Made by a program: the position numbers and the translations under genes | Notes under the pieces: generated by a model | What the model was told of the DNA's origin: nothing | Seen by the model: the letters and a program-made list of their open reading frames with translations, nothing else | The model's database searches: none | Shown: in pieces, positions 24,713-35,887 of the stretch | Numbering within the stretch: position 1 is the first letter of the stretch | Layout of the letters: the number at the start of each line of letters is the position of its first letter | From: Octopus bimaculoides | Taxonomy: Eukaryota | Reading direction: 5' to 3' | NCBI RefSeq assembly: GCF_001194135.2 | Contig: NC_068982.1 | Coordinates: 180,337,659-180,387,051, forward strand | Length of the DNA: 49,393 bases

Positions 24713-26033
24713 CGAGGTGGGGTTGAAAAGTACATAGACTGTCTATGAAGGACTCACACTAGGGCTGTGAAATCTTGCATGCGTTCATTTCAACTTTACT
24801 TATTAATATCAGATAAACTGATATTTGACTGTTCAAAGAAGACTTCAGAAGTAACTAGTAGAGACTTCTCTTGTAAATGGAAAAAAATTGGCATGTTACC
24901 TGCAAAGAAAAGGCTTTACCCACAAAGATAGTCATGCTGAAATAGTTGCTAGATTAAGAGATGAAGCTTCAACTTCATTAGCAGAGCAAAAGCGGGAATC
25001 TGAATTTAGGGAGGGAAAGAAGAGACATGAAGATGACCAAAGCTATGGACATCCTGAAACCGCCATCACAGAGGGAAACTTTGATCGAGTTCACCACATG
25101 TTGATAGATGATAGGCAATTGATTGCATATCAAATGGCAAATGCTATAAGCATACCCCAGGAGAGATATGCTAATACAATGGTTATGGATGACAGGGAAG
25201 TGATCAGTTATCAAATAGCCAATACTATTAAAATATCCCAGGTTGAGGATATTCTGCATAATGAACTTGGCATGATGAAGATTTCTGCTCGGTGTGTACC
25301 ACATCTTCTGACGCATGATCATATTCGCACGTGGTTGATCACTTGCTGTAAACATATGAAATTGTTTGAAACAGGTTCAGCTAGTTTCTTTGGATGTTTC
25401 CTAACCCAAGATGAGTGTTAGATTCATCACTTTGAGCTAGACACAAAGCGACAATCCATGCAGCGGTGACATCACATCCTCACCTGCTCCAAAGAAGGCC
25501 AACGTCGTTTCATCTGCAGGGAAGGTAACGGCCTCAGTGTTTTGGGATGCAAAATACACTGTGTTTATTGAATATCTTGAAAAGGACCACACCATCTCTG
25601 GAGAGTAATATGCCAAGTTGCTGAGGCAGATACGTGAGGCACTCAAGATCAAATGCTAGGAAAACTAGCAAAAAAAACCTGGTGGTGGGGTGACTTTTTT
25701 CACTAGGACAATGCTCCAGCACATTAGTCACTGATTTTAATGGCTGCTTTACGAGACTGTGGCTTTAAACTGGTTGGTCATCGTCCGTATTCTCTTGCTT
25801 TGGCGCCATTTGACTATCATCTGTTCCCTGACTTGGAACCAGTATCGCAGTGATGATGACATCATACGCTGTTGATAACTTTTTGATCAGTATGCTTCTT
25901 CATCAACAGGATCAAAGCACTGCACCAGCGATGGAAGAAGTGTTCGGATCGCAAGGAGGGCTATGTTGAAAAATAAACCTCATTTGGTCAAATTCCATAA
26001 AATAATGTTGGTTAGCCTTGCAAACGACACTCG
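24713..26033 (+). mobile_element. Full-length dead mariner (D,D34D-type) transposon
   Basis: TA-CGAGG...GAAAAGT left end and degenerate ...CACTCG right end; 1.32 kb. Motifs SAR(W)VPHLLT, FLTQDE, VFWDAK, FH.DNAPAH, HRPYS...LAP.DYHLFP, RWKKC. Confidence 0.9.
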
Positions 26034-26049
26034 TGTGTGTGTGTGTGTG

Positions 26050-26304
26050 TATTACAATCTAGTTTCGTAGGCATTCTTAAGGATTTTGGCTCGAAAATGT
26101 ATTTCTGATATATTCTAGGAAATATGTGTATTAATCTCTGTAGCTGTAGCCACAAATATGTCAAACAATGCATTCTTCAGCAAAGCATCCGCGTAAATTT
26201 GAGGAATTTGAATTTCCCAAGTTTTGTATTCTGTTTACATCATACAAATTTATACTTGCAAGTGTGCATCTGTGTGTGTGTGTGCGTGACCGTGAGTGTG
26301 TGCG

Positions 26305-26363
<59 letters not shown>

Positions 26364-26670
26364 TTGCAACTGTAAATTTGTGTGGTGTAAATAGAATAAA
26401 CAGAATAAAAATGCTGCGAAATTCAAATTTCTTAAACTGACGTGGATGTATTGCTAGAGAAAGTATTGTTAAAGATATTTATCGCTGCAGCTAGAGAGAT
26501 TAATATCCATATTTCTTAAAATATATCAGAAACGCAGTTCAGAAATAAAATTCTAAAGTATTCATACGGAACTCGATTTCGGGCTCTATAACATAAATTT
26601 GTGAAATTTTAATTCCGCAAGCTTTCGCAGTCCGTTTATCCTGTGTCATTTCACGGTCGTTAGTGTATTT
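26050..26670 (-). mobile_element. Helitron-like non-autonomous element containing a fold-back
   Basis: Minus end reads TACACTAACGACCGTGAAATGACACAGG (ACTA..(C)CGTG hairpin-type terminus). Confidence 0.35.
26164..26470. repeat. Imperfect ~300-nt inverted repeat (about 100-bp arms around a (TG)n/(CA)n centre)
   Basis: 26164-26262 aligns by eye to the reverse complement of 26360-26470 at roughly 75%. Confidence 0.8.
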
Positions 26671-26699
26671 ATTGTCTGATTAAATACAAATTCTTTCCA

Positions 26700-27660
26700 A
26701 GGAAACGCAAATAATGAGTGGTATCCATTCGGCATCTTGGAATTCCTACTAGTCATAGTAGCTCACTCAGACATATCCTCAACTGCTCAGATAGCCACTC
26801 TTGCTATTTATGCAAACGATACTAAAGTCCCTCAAAGAACACAAAATCCTGGAGATGTGCATCTTCAACAAATACTGGACGCAAAATATAGGTGGAATGA
26901 GGACAATAAAATACTGTTGAATGCTGGAAAATTCCTAGCTCTGCTCTACTAATACACGAAGCAGAATGAAAAGTAAACAGGATCCATTGGCCCAGGAGGG
27001 ATTGCAATCTCTGAATCAAAATCAGTGTGCGCCCTGGCTATTGACACGAGTAATAGTACTGAGTTGACAAATAAAATGCAGGTGGCTGGCTGGTTGGATC
27101 CTTAGAACTTTGACATCGAGTGACCAGGAATCTATAAGGGTCATCTAGAGGACATTTGTCCTCAGCCATTTAGATTACTGTCTCCAAATATGACCAACAC
27201 CACAATGTAAAATTAATGTCAGAACTCGAATCAATCTGGCAAAGCTACTCAAGGAAGATCGTCTCAATGTGATATGTCATCTACTGGGAGAGGCTGAAAA
27301 AGTTAAGACTCAACTCCCTAGAACGAAGGCGGGAAGGATATGGAGTGATAAACATCTAGTAACATTAGAAGGACTTGTACAGCAGAACTAGGCGCCACTG
27401 AATATTGTCAAAGATCCTAACATTGCCATCAGGATACAGGACAAGATACTGCAGCAGCTTGGGTTTCAAGAGATTACATTTCTTCAACATCCGCCCAAAA
27501 AGCCTTAGGGACCTACATAGGATGGATGTAAATGTCTTCAAAAACAAAGTTTAATCTCCTCTTCTGAAGAGTTCCGGATAAACCTACCTAGCATCAGGCA
27601 TTGCATATGAGAGCAGCAACTTCAAACTCCTTCAACCCCAAATGCTACATATCTGAAGCG
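26700..27660 (+). mobile_element. CR1/L2-like LINE, RT C-terminus and 3' end
   Basis: SDISSTAQIATLAIYANDTKV...HLQQILDAKYRWNEDNKILLNAGKF (decayed YADD). Confidence 0.8.
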
Positions 27661-27742
27661 GTTTTAAGTTGTGAAACAACGCTAAGACGATGCCCAAGTA
27701 TGGCGGCAGCTCTCGAGTTGAAACTAGTAAAAGAATAAACGA

Positions 27743-27744
<2 letters not shown>

Positions 27745-27775
<31 letters not shown>

Positions 27776-27873
27776 TGTATGTATGTATGCATGTATGTAT
27801 GTATGTATGTATGTATGTATGTATGTATGTGTGTATGTATGTATGTATGTATGTATGTGTGTGTGTGTGTGTG

Positions 27874-27920
<47 letters not shown>
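27745..27920. repeat. (TATG)n/(TG)n/(TA)n microsatellite
   Basis: Read directly. Confidence 0.95.
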
Positions 27921-27924
<4 letters not shown>

Positions 27925-28707
27925 GGGGCCTTGCGGAATGAACAAATCAGACTAGATGACAGGTGGTTCGCGTGTAATATGGCCTGAAATTACAAGATGA
28001 TAGTCTATAATCATGGCCGTATGCTTCCTGCCATGGACAATGATTTTTACGACCTAACAGCGGTCGAAATAGTCGTAATTTAATAATAAAGGACACTAAT
28101 ATCTCGATTATTTTACTTGTTACCGCATGTTTACAGACTGATGTATGTGTATACATATATCTGTGTATGAATGCAAAGAAACGCATCATTCTACTGGACA
28201 ATACCTTCTCAGTATAAAATATTAATATAACGTTTCAGTAAAATAGACTGGGAGATTAACAAAGACAAATAAACTACCTCACAAAGATATTTAAACTAAA
28301 TTTGATTAATATACGAAATAAATGTCAATATTAATGAAATATGTTGTATAAATCATACAAATATATAATAATATCTTTTGTGTATTATCAATGTATTTTT
28401 GTAAATCATAAGCTTACCTCGAATAATGATTAATATTCAGCGGAATTTAATTAGACAGATTCGAATCGAAGCAAAATATTTTAATGTATAAAATATTTTC
28501 TTCTGTAGATACATTGATTATTGCTATTATCGGTGTCTTACTAGCTCAATACATTTATATGATGTTTGTATATTATTAAAGAAACAGTAAAAACTGTTGT
28601 GATTGTGGAGAAGTGAAGCATTGGGTTAAATATTTTAAAGAGTCGACATGTCCTATGATATATGCAATACTGTACAATACTGTTTTAATATTTTATAAAG
28701 ATATAAA

Positions 28708-28885
28708 GACAGCGTGCTGGCAGAATACTCAGCAGCATTTTGTTCGTCTTTAAGTTCTGAGTTCAAATTCTGCGGAGGTAGACTTTCCGGCTCAATAAAT
28801 TAAGTACCAATTGAATACTGAAGTCGATGAAATAGATTATTCCCCATCCCGAAATTGTTAGCCTTGTGCCAACATTTGAAACCTA
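28708..28885 (+). mobile_element. tRNA-derived SINE
   Basis: GCTGGCAGAAT...TTCTGAGTTCAAATTCTGCGGAGG..GGCCTTGTGCC. Confidence 0.8.
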
Positions 28886-28890
28886 TATTT

Positions 28891-29492
28891 TACACTAGAC
28901 TACCCGTGATCCACTGGGTCACCGAGGAAGTCTGAGTTTCCCAGCAACGGAGCTTTGTTTCGTGTTTTTTTTTCTTTTCCGTGTTATTTCGAATACTTTC
29001 AAGGAATCTGACATCGAAATCACGCGTAAACGGCTCCTTTTCCCAGAAAAGGAAAGATTTGGCTGCTATTTCTTGCACGCCCTGTTACCATGTAATAAGT
29101 ATTTCGGATCCCTTATCGAGAACAACTGTTACGTAGTAGCAGGGCGTGCTAGAAATATCATCTCTTTGGAGGTGAGATATGTTGAATGCATTCGAAAGAA
29201 ACCCATGGAAAAAAAAAGCTATTTCACACCGAGGTTACGAACGGGTCTTTTACGAAATATTTGCTGTATTTTTAAAGTCATTTTCACATAAAAATATTTT
29301 GCCCATCATAATGTGTCCAATGGAAAGGGTTATTTTCGGAGTATTTTCCTATTATGCACCATTTTGGGTATTTATACCTCAAAACCTCGAATATCTCAAT
29401 AACCACTGGTCTGATTTACGCGAAACTTGTTTTATTCTCTTCGTATTCGTAGTATTTCCCTATTATTCGCTAGTTTAGCTGGGTAAAATTTC
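28891..29492 (+). mobile_element. Helitron/Helentron-like non-autonomous element
   Basis: Starts ACTAG..ACCCG..CTGGGT; contains AATATCTCAATAACCACTGGTCTGATTTACGCGAAAC core; followed by (GCAA)n. Confidence 0.4.
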
Positions 29493-29555
29493 AAGCAAGC
29501 AAGCAAGCAAGCAAGCAAGATTCAAGATCACTTTTAATGTATTATAGATAAATAT

Positions 29556-29770
29556 AAGGTGGCTTGCTGGCAGTATCGTTAGGGCGTCGGGAAAATGCTT
29601 ACCGACATTTCCTCCGACTTTACGTTCTGAGTTCAAATTCTACCGAGGTCGACTTTGCCTTTCATCCTTTATGGGGGTCGATAATATAAGTACCAGTCGA
29701 GTCCTGGAATCGACGTAATGGACTATCCCCATCTCCCAAAATTTCAGGCCTCGTGCATATAGTAGAAAGA
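29556..29770 (+). mobile_element. tRNA-derived SINE, near complete
   Basis: GGTGGCTTGCTGGCAGTATCGTTAG head, GAGTTCAAATTC B-box, GTCGACTTTGCCTTTCATCC body. Confidence 0.9.
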
Positions 29771-31207
29771 AACATTTTGTGTAAACTTAAATACAAATGT
29801 CCATATGTAAACTTATTAAAATATATCAAACTTCTCTGAAAATTGCTTTATTGAAATGTAATTATTTATGTGTATCTTCTAGAAACGCTAAAATATATCA
29901 TTGTAATTAGCTATTTAACAATTATGAGTATTTGCATCAAAATGTTAATATCTTGAAGTAATGTAAACAGGAAATATAAAGAAATTTTCTCGAAACTTCT
30001 GAAAGATTATGTATGTAAATGAAAATCTACTGAATGTGTATAACCAGTTAATAAATACAAAACTATTTTGTTTCAACTTTAAGTACATTATAAGATCTTA
30101 AGTGTAATGTGCGCAAATTATTCGTTTTATCATCGTATACATGAAGCTGTATATTTACTTTTGACTGTTTTTATAGTTGTGTAATATTTTTATAATTATA
30201 AAATAAACACAGGATGGTAATGATTAAATATCAAGCTAAATTTTCATTTATAACAATACACTTGTAATAATACGCGTCAATTTTCAATTGTATTAATACT
30301 TTGAAAAGAATAGCTCTGTATGTTGTAACTGGAATTCAACTTTGTCGAAACAATCAATAATTCGCCTGTAGGAACTCCTATCATGGCAACTACATCACTA
30401 AGAATACCCACTTTACATGTATTATTGAAATATGTCTTATTCCCTGACCCAGACATGGCAACTTCCTATATTTAAACACTACTTCCTCGCTATATACAGA
30501 TTCAGATCGTCTACGTATATCTGGGATATTCATTGTTATAATCTCAATGTTCTTTGAGCAGGTATAATAGTGGATTTGGAGAGATAACAAAGAGAAGTAC
30601 AGACACACATTTAACCGTAGAATGCCTTTTTGATGTATTGTATTAAACATTATTAATGTATTCTCTCGGTTAGGTGTTTAATGGCAGCTATTTATAGTTT
30701 GGAGACTTCAGTTAAAGGTAGAGCTTTAGTGATCCACTCATGCGATTCAGTATCAAAGACTCTCTGATGCTTTATCCACACTACGGTCAAGTTCCAGCGG
30801 TTCATTACTATTACTTCATTGATTATTTTCTTTATGAATAGCTACCCTGCTAACTTGCTAACTACTCCCAGTTCTGTTTTCAGAACTCTTTTTCTATATT
30901 TGATATAAATCAGTTTTCATCTCAACAATGTGCATCAGTTGGAGTATATTATTTCAAATCTCGGTAGTAAAATTATGAATGCTTTGTCACTGGTTTGAAA
31001 TTCATTTTCAGAACCTATTACTGTCAGTAACGTATGATCTTGGCTGCAGTAATTTACTGCCATCAATGATTGATCTAGTATTTCTACGCATGAAAATACA
31101 CTACTTTCCTCTACGTCTTCTGACCGCTGTATTATATCCCGAGGGATAGATATTATTATGTTATTTGTATGAAGATGATAGAAACTAAATAATCAGTCGG
31201 AGTAAAT

Positions 31208-31345
31208 ATTCTTTTCTACTCTAGGCGCAAGGCCCCCAATTTTTTTTTTTTTTTNNNNNNNNNNGGGGGGCAGTCGGTTAGATCGACCCCAGTACACAAC
31301 TGGTGCTTAATTTATCAACACCCAAAAGATGAAAGGCTAAGTCAA
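31208..31345 (-). mobile_element. SINE 3' portion
   Basis: Reverse complement of the 29556-family body and tail. Confidence 0.75.
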
Positions 31346-31989
31346 CCTCGGCGGAGTGGTATGAATTAAAACAAGGTTAACGTATCTCTAATTTTACTCA
31401 TACTCTACAGAAATATGTCTGTATATGCAAATACACTACCGTGTGACTCATTCCCACGAAAAGTAATCTCCTTAGCCCGTTTCACATTTCACTATAACTT
31501 TCGTCTGAGGTTTCGAAACAGATACAAAATGTTATCTACTACATCTACTTAGAAACGTTGCACATGGTAGCGTAAATTGCTAAAACTTTCAGTGCAATGT
31601 TCATGAAATCCTACCTTATACTTTTAAACAAGGAAAGCGAAATTGGATTATATAGACCAAGAAATCATTTGTCTGAAAATAAAACGCCTGGAACGCTTTT
31701 TCTAACACAGGTCTGTTAGACTTAGGGTTGGAATATGGCTGTACAACCAAACAATAACATTATTTGGCCCTCCTTCCTCTTCTGTGGGTCAAGGTTGAAA
31801 CCGAAAAGTTAGATTCGGTTCTTGGGCTATTCCAGACGAGAAATATAACTGAAACTAACAAGATTATTTGGGCTGCAGCTATGGTTGTTGCAGAAAGAGT
31901 TGGATACAAAAGAAAATAACAAAGAGAAGGTAAAGAACCATACTAGCGTAGACGAATTTGTGAGAAGCAAAGTTAAATAAAAAGACATT

Positions 31990-33555
31990 TAGGACGAGTT
32001 GATAGATTGAGAAGGGAGAAATTGCAGAACGAAAGCATAATGATAAGTTTTGAAAAGAACATTTAGAATAAGAGATAAAGGTATGAAGTGATATTAGAAG
32101 AATTGAAACAAAGAGTAGAAGCAATCAAAGCAAAACTAGATATAAGGAAAGACAGTTCAGGCAAAACAGATTGCTTCAGGAACTAGATTAGCAAATATAC
32201 ATAACAATGATACCAAATGCAGAGAAAAGCAAGGCATTCTGGAGCGGGATCTGGGACCAACCTGTAGAGCATAATGATGAAGCGGAAGGCTGCATGAAAT
32301 CCAAGATAGGTTAAGAAATATAGAAGTCCAAGAAGACATAAAGATAACTACAGAAAGGATAAAAAAGCAGTTAAGAAAATTCCGAAATTGGAAGAGCTCA
32401 GGACCGAATGTAGTCTAAGGGTATTGGATGAAGAATTGGAGAGGGCTCCATGAAAGTATAGCACAACAGCTAAATGAGTGCTTGCAGGAAGACACAGTAC
32501 CCAGCTGGATGACAAAGAAAGACATTGTTGTGTGGCAAGGATCCTGAAAAGGGAAATATTGCATCCAACTCTAGACCAATAACATGCCTTCCGCTAATGT
32601 GGAAACTAATGTCAGGTGCTTTGGCCGGTGAACTAACTGTACAGATACTTAGAAAAAAGTGGGCTGCTACCCATTGAACAGAAAGGGTGTCGAAAAAGGA
32701 GCCGGAGAACAAAGGACCAGCTCTTAATTGATATTCTAATTATCAGGAACTTCAAGAGAAGACATACAAACCTATTGTTGTCAATAACATAATATATAAT
32801 ATAATATAATATTTGACAGAAGGGAACACAAATGTATTTGTTGTCAAGGTTAATATATATTGAAATATTTAGTTTCATCAGAACTCCGGGCGGTATCCAC
32901 TTGTTCATCATGTCTTACTAATTATTTTACAAAAGTATAAAAGAAAAAGCAACAAAAGGGACCGATATACCAGAACATTTAATAATCGACGGAAACTTTC
33001 ATATCAGTGCCCCTGCATGATATTAAGTCCAGTGACAGCAGCTGTGCAAATCGATATAATATACTCTATAATTTTTTTTAGATTCAAGCTGTTTGTCGTG
33101 CTTGTATTGAATATCGGAAAGCATACGCTATGATACCACATTACTGGATAATAAGAACAATGGAAATGTATGGAGCAGTAGAGAATATGAGAAGCCTTAT
33201 ATGGAATAGCATGCAGTACTGGAGAACGGAATTGACAGTAAGAAGGCAAGTACTAGGCGATGTGGAAATCTAGAGAGGAATCTTCCAGTGGGACAGTGTA
33301 TCCTCACTGATAATAGTGCTGGGAAGGATCCCCTTGGGTGAAATACTACAGAAAACAAAGCTGGGGTATGATCTGCGAAGAGGTAAGAGAAAACTAAACC
33401 ACTTGCTATTTACGGACGACCTGAAGCTATTCACAAAAACTGAGGCAGAACTGGACAACCTAGTCCAGTCTGTGTGAATTTTCTCCAATGATATTAATAT
33501 GGTGTTTGGTCTCTCAAAATGTGTTACGATGGTGATGATACAAGGAAAGCTTGCG
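31990..33555 (+). mobile_element. R4/Dong-like non-LTR retrotransposon RT fragment, interrupted
   Basis: ILEELKQRVEAIKAK; PNWKSSGP; [12 protein letters not shown]; [16 protein letters not shown]; [insert]; YRKAYAMIPH; RGIFQWDS; NHLLFTDDLKLF; FGLSKC. Confidence 0.9.
32776..33115 (-). mobile_element. ~340-bp non-coding repeat, copy 1, inserted in the R4 RT
   Basis: Separates RHTNL from YRKAY; about 90% identical by eye to 35552-35887; (ATATT)n near its 3' end. Confidence 0.85.
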
Positions 33556-33556
33556 A

Positions 33557-33725
33557 GGACATCTACATCCACTTTGTGTAGGTCTCTCAGGCACCTTGGG
33601 AGAATATTATAACGCTGTGGGCCCCTGAAACCCAAGCTGTTGCAGTAACTGGTCCTGAAGCGAGATGGCATTGCTGGGATCTTTGGCACTGTGTAATGTA
33701 GACCTGTTCTGGCATTGCACAGATA
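33557..33725 (-). mobile_element. CR1/L2-like LINE 3' fragment
   Basis: PKIPAMPSRFRTSYCNSLGFRGPQRYNILPRCLRDLHKVDVDV. Confidence 0.75.
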
Positions 33726-33776
33726 ACAAGGCTAAGGTAGTGTGATATTTCTAGGACATTTATTAAAAGAAAGGTG

Positions 33777-33824
33777 GTCTTACAGCTGTTTCAGGGAAAT
33801 AAATGATATCCCGTCATTAGAGAA
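33777..33824 (-). ncRNA. Hammerhead ribozyme (family A), one core substitution
   Basis: TCT, CTAATGA, C GGGA TATCATTTATT TCCC T, GAAA, CAGCTG, TA, AGA. Only G5 to A in CUGAUGA. Confidence 0.8.
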
Positions 33825-34133
33825 GAGTTAAGAGAGTTTCAATAGAAGGAATTAGTAGAGATTATATATATAAGAATTTATTTTTGAAAGGGATAGATAC
33901 AGAAAGTGTAAAGGGAAATATGAAAATAAAAATACATGTTTGATGCTAAAGTTGTTGTTCTGTTATCCAAGGAATGTGCTGTGTAGGATGGATAAAGAGG
34001 CTTTTTGTCCATAGTGTGTAAATTCCGATAGGAGTTCATATGTTGTTATTTCAAATGGATAGTGTGCAGATATTAACTCTATGCGCTGTTCATTCAAAAG
34101 GATCTTGTTGTGTGAATGAAATTTTGAGGTTCA

Positions 34134-34535
34134 AGAGTGGTTATGTGGTAAGTAGCTTGCTTACCAACCACATGGTTCCGGGTTCAGTCCCACTGCATTA
34201 AACCTTGGGCAAATATCTTCTACTATAGCCTCAGGCCGACCAAAGCCTTATGAGCGGATTTGGTAGACGGAAACTGAAAGAAGCCCGTCGTATATATGTA
34301 TATGTTTATGTATAGGTGTGTGTGTTTGTGTGTCTGTGTTTGTCCCCTTAATATCGCTTGACAACCGATTCTGGTGTGCTTACGTCCCTGTAACTTAGTG
34401 GTTCGGCAAAAGAGACCGATAGAATAAGTACTAAGCTTACAAAGAATAAGTCCTGGGGTCGATTTTCTCGACTACAGGTGGTGTTCCTGCATGGCCGCAG
34501 TCAAATGACTGCAACGAGTAAAAGAGTAAAAGAGT
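34134..34535 (+). mobile_element. tRNA-derived SINE, full length
   Basis: TGGTAAGTAGCTTGC head, GGTTCAGTCCC B-box, internal (TG)n, (AGTAAAAG)n tail. Confidence 0.9.
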
Positions 34536-35222
34536 ATATACTGGTAGGGGGATGAGAGTAAAGAATAAAAAAGAATGTTAGAAGGAAGAAAAATGGTGTT
34601 AGTCAAAATGATTAGAGGAGGAAAAGGAAAGGAGAAAAGGAAAAAAGAAGGCGTGCTAGATGCTGTTCAAGATATTGTGAGGGGGCGGGAAGAGGAGAGC
34701 TATCAGTAAATAAAAAGGAATAGGGGGAGGGATAGAAAGAAGAGATAAGAATGTAAGGAAGGAGTATGTGTGAGACGTTGGAGGTGGGGGATCTGTTTAA
34801 AAAGTGACTAAGGTGGAGAGATAAAGAATTTGGTACAGGCGTCAGGTACTAAAAGTGAGTAGTAAATCTAGAGTGAGCATTAAATCAGAGAGTGTACTAG
34901 CTAAAGTGATAGTGGGGACTGATAAATCAGTGAGAGAAAGACAAATATGCATATAGATATACGCACACGTGCACACATATACATATAAATGTGTATACAC
35001 AAACACGGAAATAGGTTCACATAATCACACACACACACATACACACACACATATGCATATGGAATACAGCATTCGCCTTGGTTTCTAACCTTCTAACCTT
35101 CACCTTTCTAGCACGCCAGACCCTTGATTTTAACATTAACTGGTTTTCTCCCACCTACACTCCATAATCTTACCTTTCAAAATGTTAAGTCTATATAATT
35201 TAGTATAATGTAATATAATGTA

Positions 35223-35426
35223 TTGGGTTGTCCGGAAAGTTCGTGACGATTTTTAAAAGAAAGAAACATTTTTAATCAACTGAATATGAACCATTTTGTT
35301 GCACAATGCGTCTCCATCTTTCCTTTAACTTGAAAATACCCTCTTCCCAGAATTGAGGTGATTTCATGGCAAATAAGTCGAAAGGTAAGCTACTATAAAT
35401 CGGCATGAACTTTCCGGCCAACCCAA
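35223..35426 (-). mobile_element. Mariner-derived MITE (204 bp)
   Basis: TIRs TTGGGTTG(T/G)CCGGAAAGTTC(G/A)TG.CGATTT with TA target duplications; interior encodes the transposase end FWEEGIFKLKERWRRIVQQNG. Confidence 0.92.
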
Positions 35427-35551
35427 TATAATATGCCATAATATAATATAATATTATGGTTGTTGCAGTTCAGGCTCGAAACACATGATGATCGTTGGAT
35501 ACCGTCTAATGTCATCACTCCCTCCTGGCCAGAGCTCCATTCACTTTTAGG

Positions 35552-35887
35552 TGTTATCAATAACATAATATATAATATAATACAATATTTGACATAAGGG
35601 AGCTAGAATGTATTTGTTGTCAAGGTTAATATATCTTGAAGTATTTAGTTTCATCAGAGGTCCGGGCGGTATCCACTTGCTCATCATGTCTTACTAATTA
35701 TTTTACAAAAGTATAAAAAAAGCAATAAAAGGGACCGATATACCAGAACATTTAATAATCGACGGAAACTTTCATATCAGTGTCCCTGCATGATATGAAG
35801 TCCAGTGACAGCAGCTGTACAAATCGATATAATATACTCGATGATTTTTTTAGATTCAAGCTGTTTGTCGTGCTTGTATTAACTATC
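35552..35887 (-). mobile_element. ~340-bp non-coding repeat, copy 2
   Basis: Colinear with 32776-33115 with matching ends. Confidence 0.85.

Larger units (their letters stand above)
33722..34930 (-). mobile_element. Hammerhead-terminated repeat, family A copy 2, split by a SINE (5' boundary approximate)
   Basis: Hammerhead at 33777-33824, 3' motif at 33722-33761 similar to 18420-18460, pyrimidine-rich body on the minus strand. Confidence 0.55.

Noticed and set aside
30390-30650. Open frames with splice-like sites on both strands
   Set aside because: Equally plausible on either strand, with no recognisable motif.
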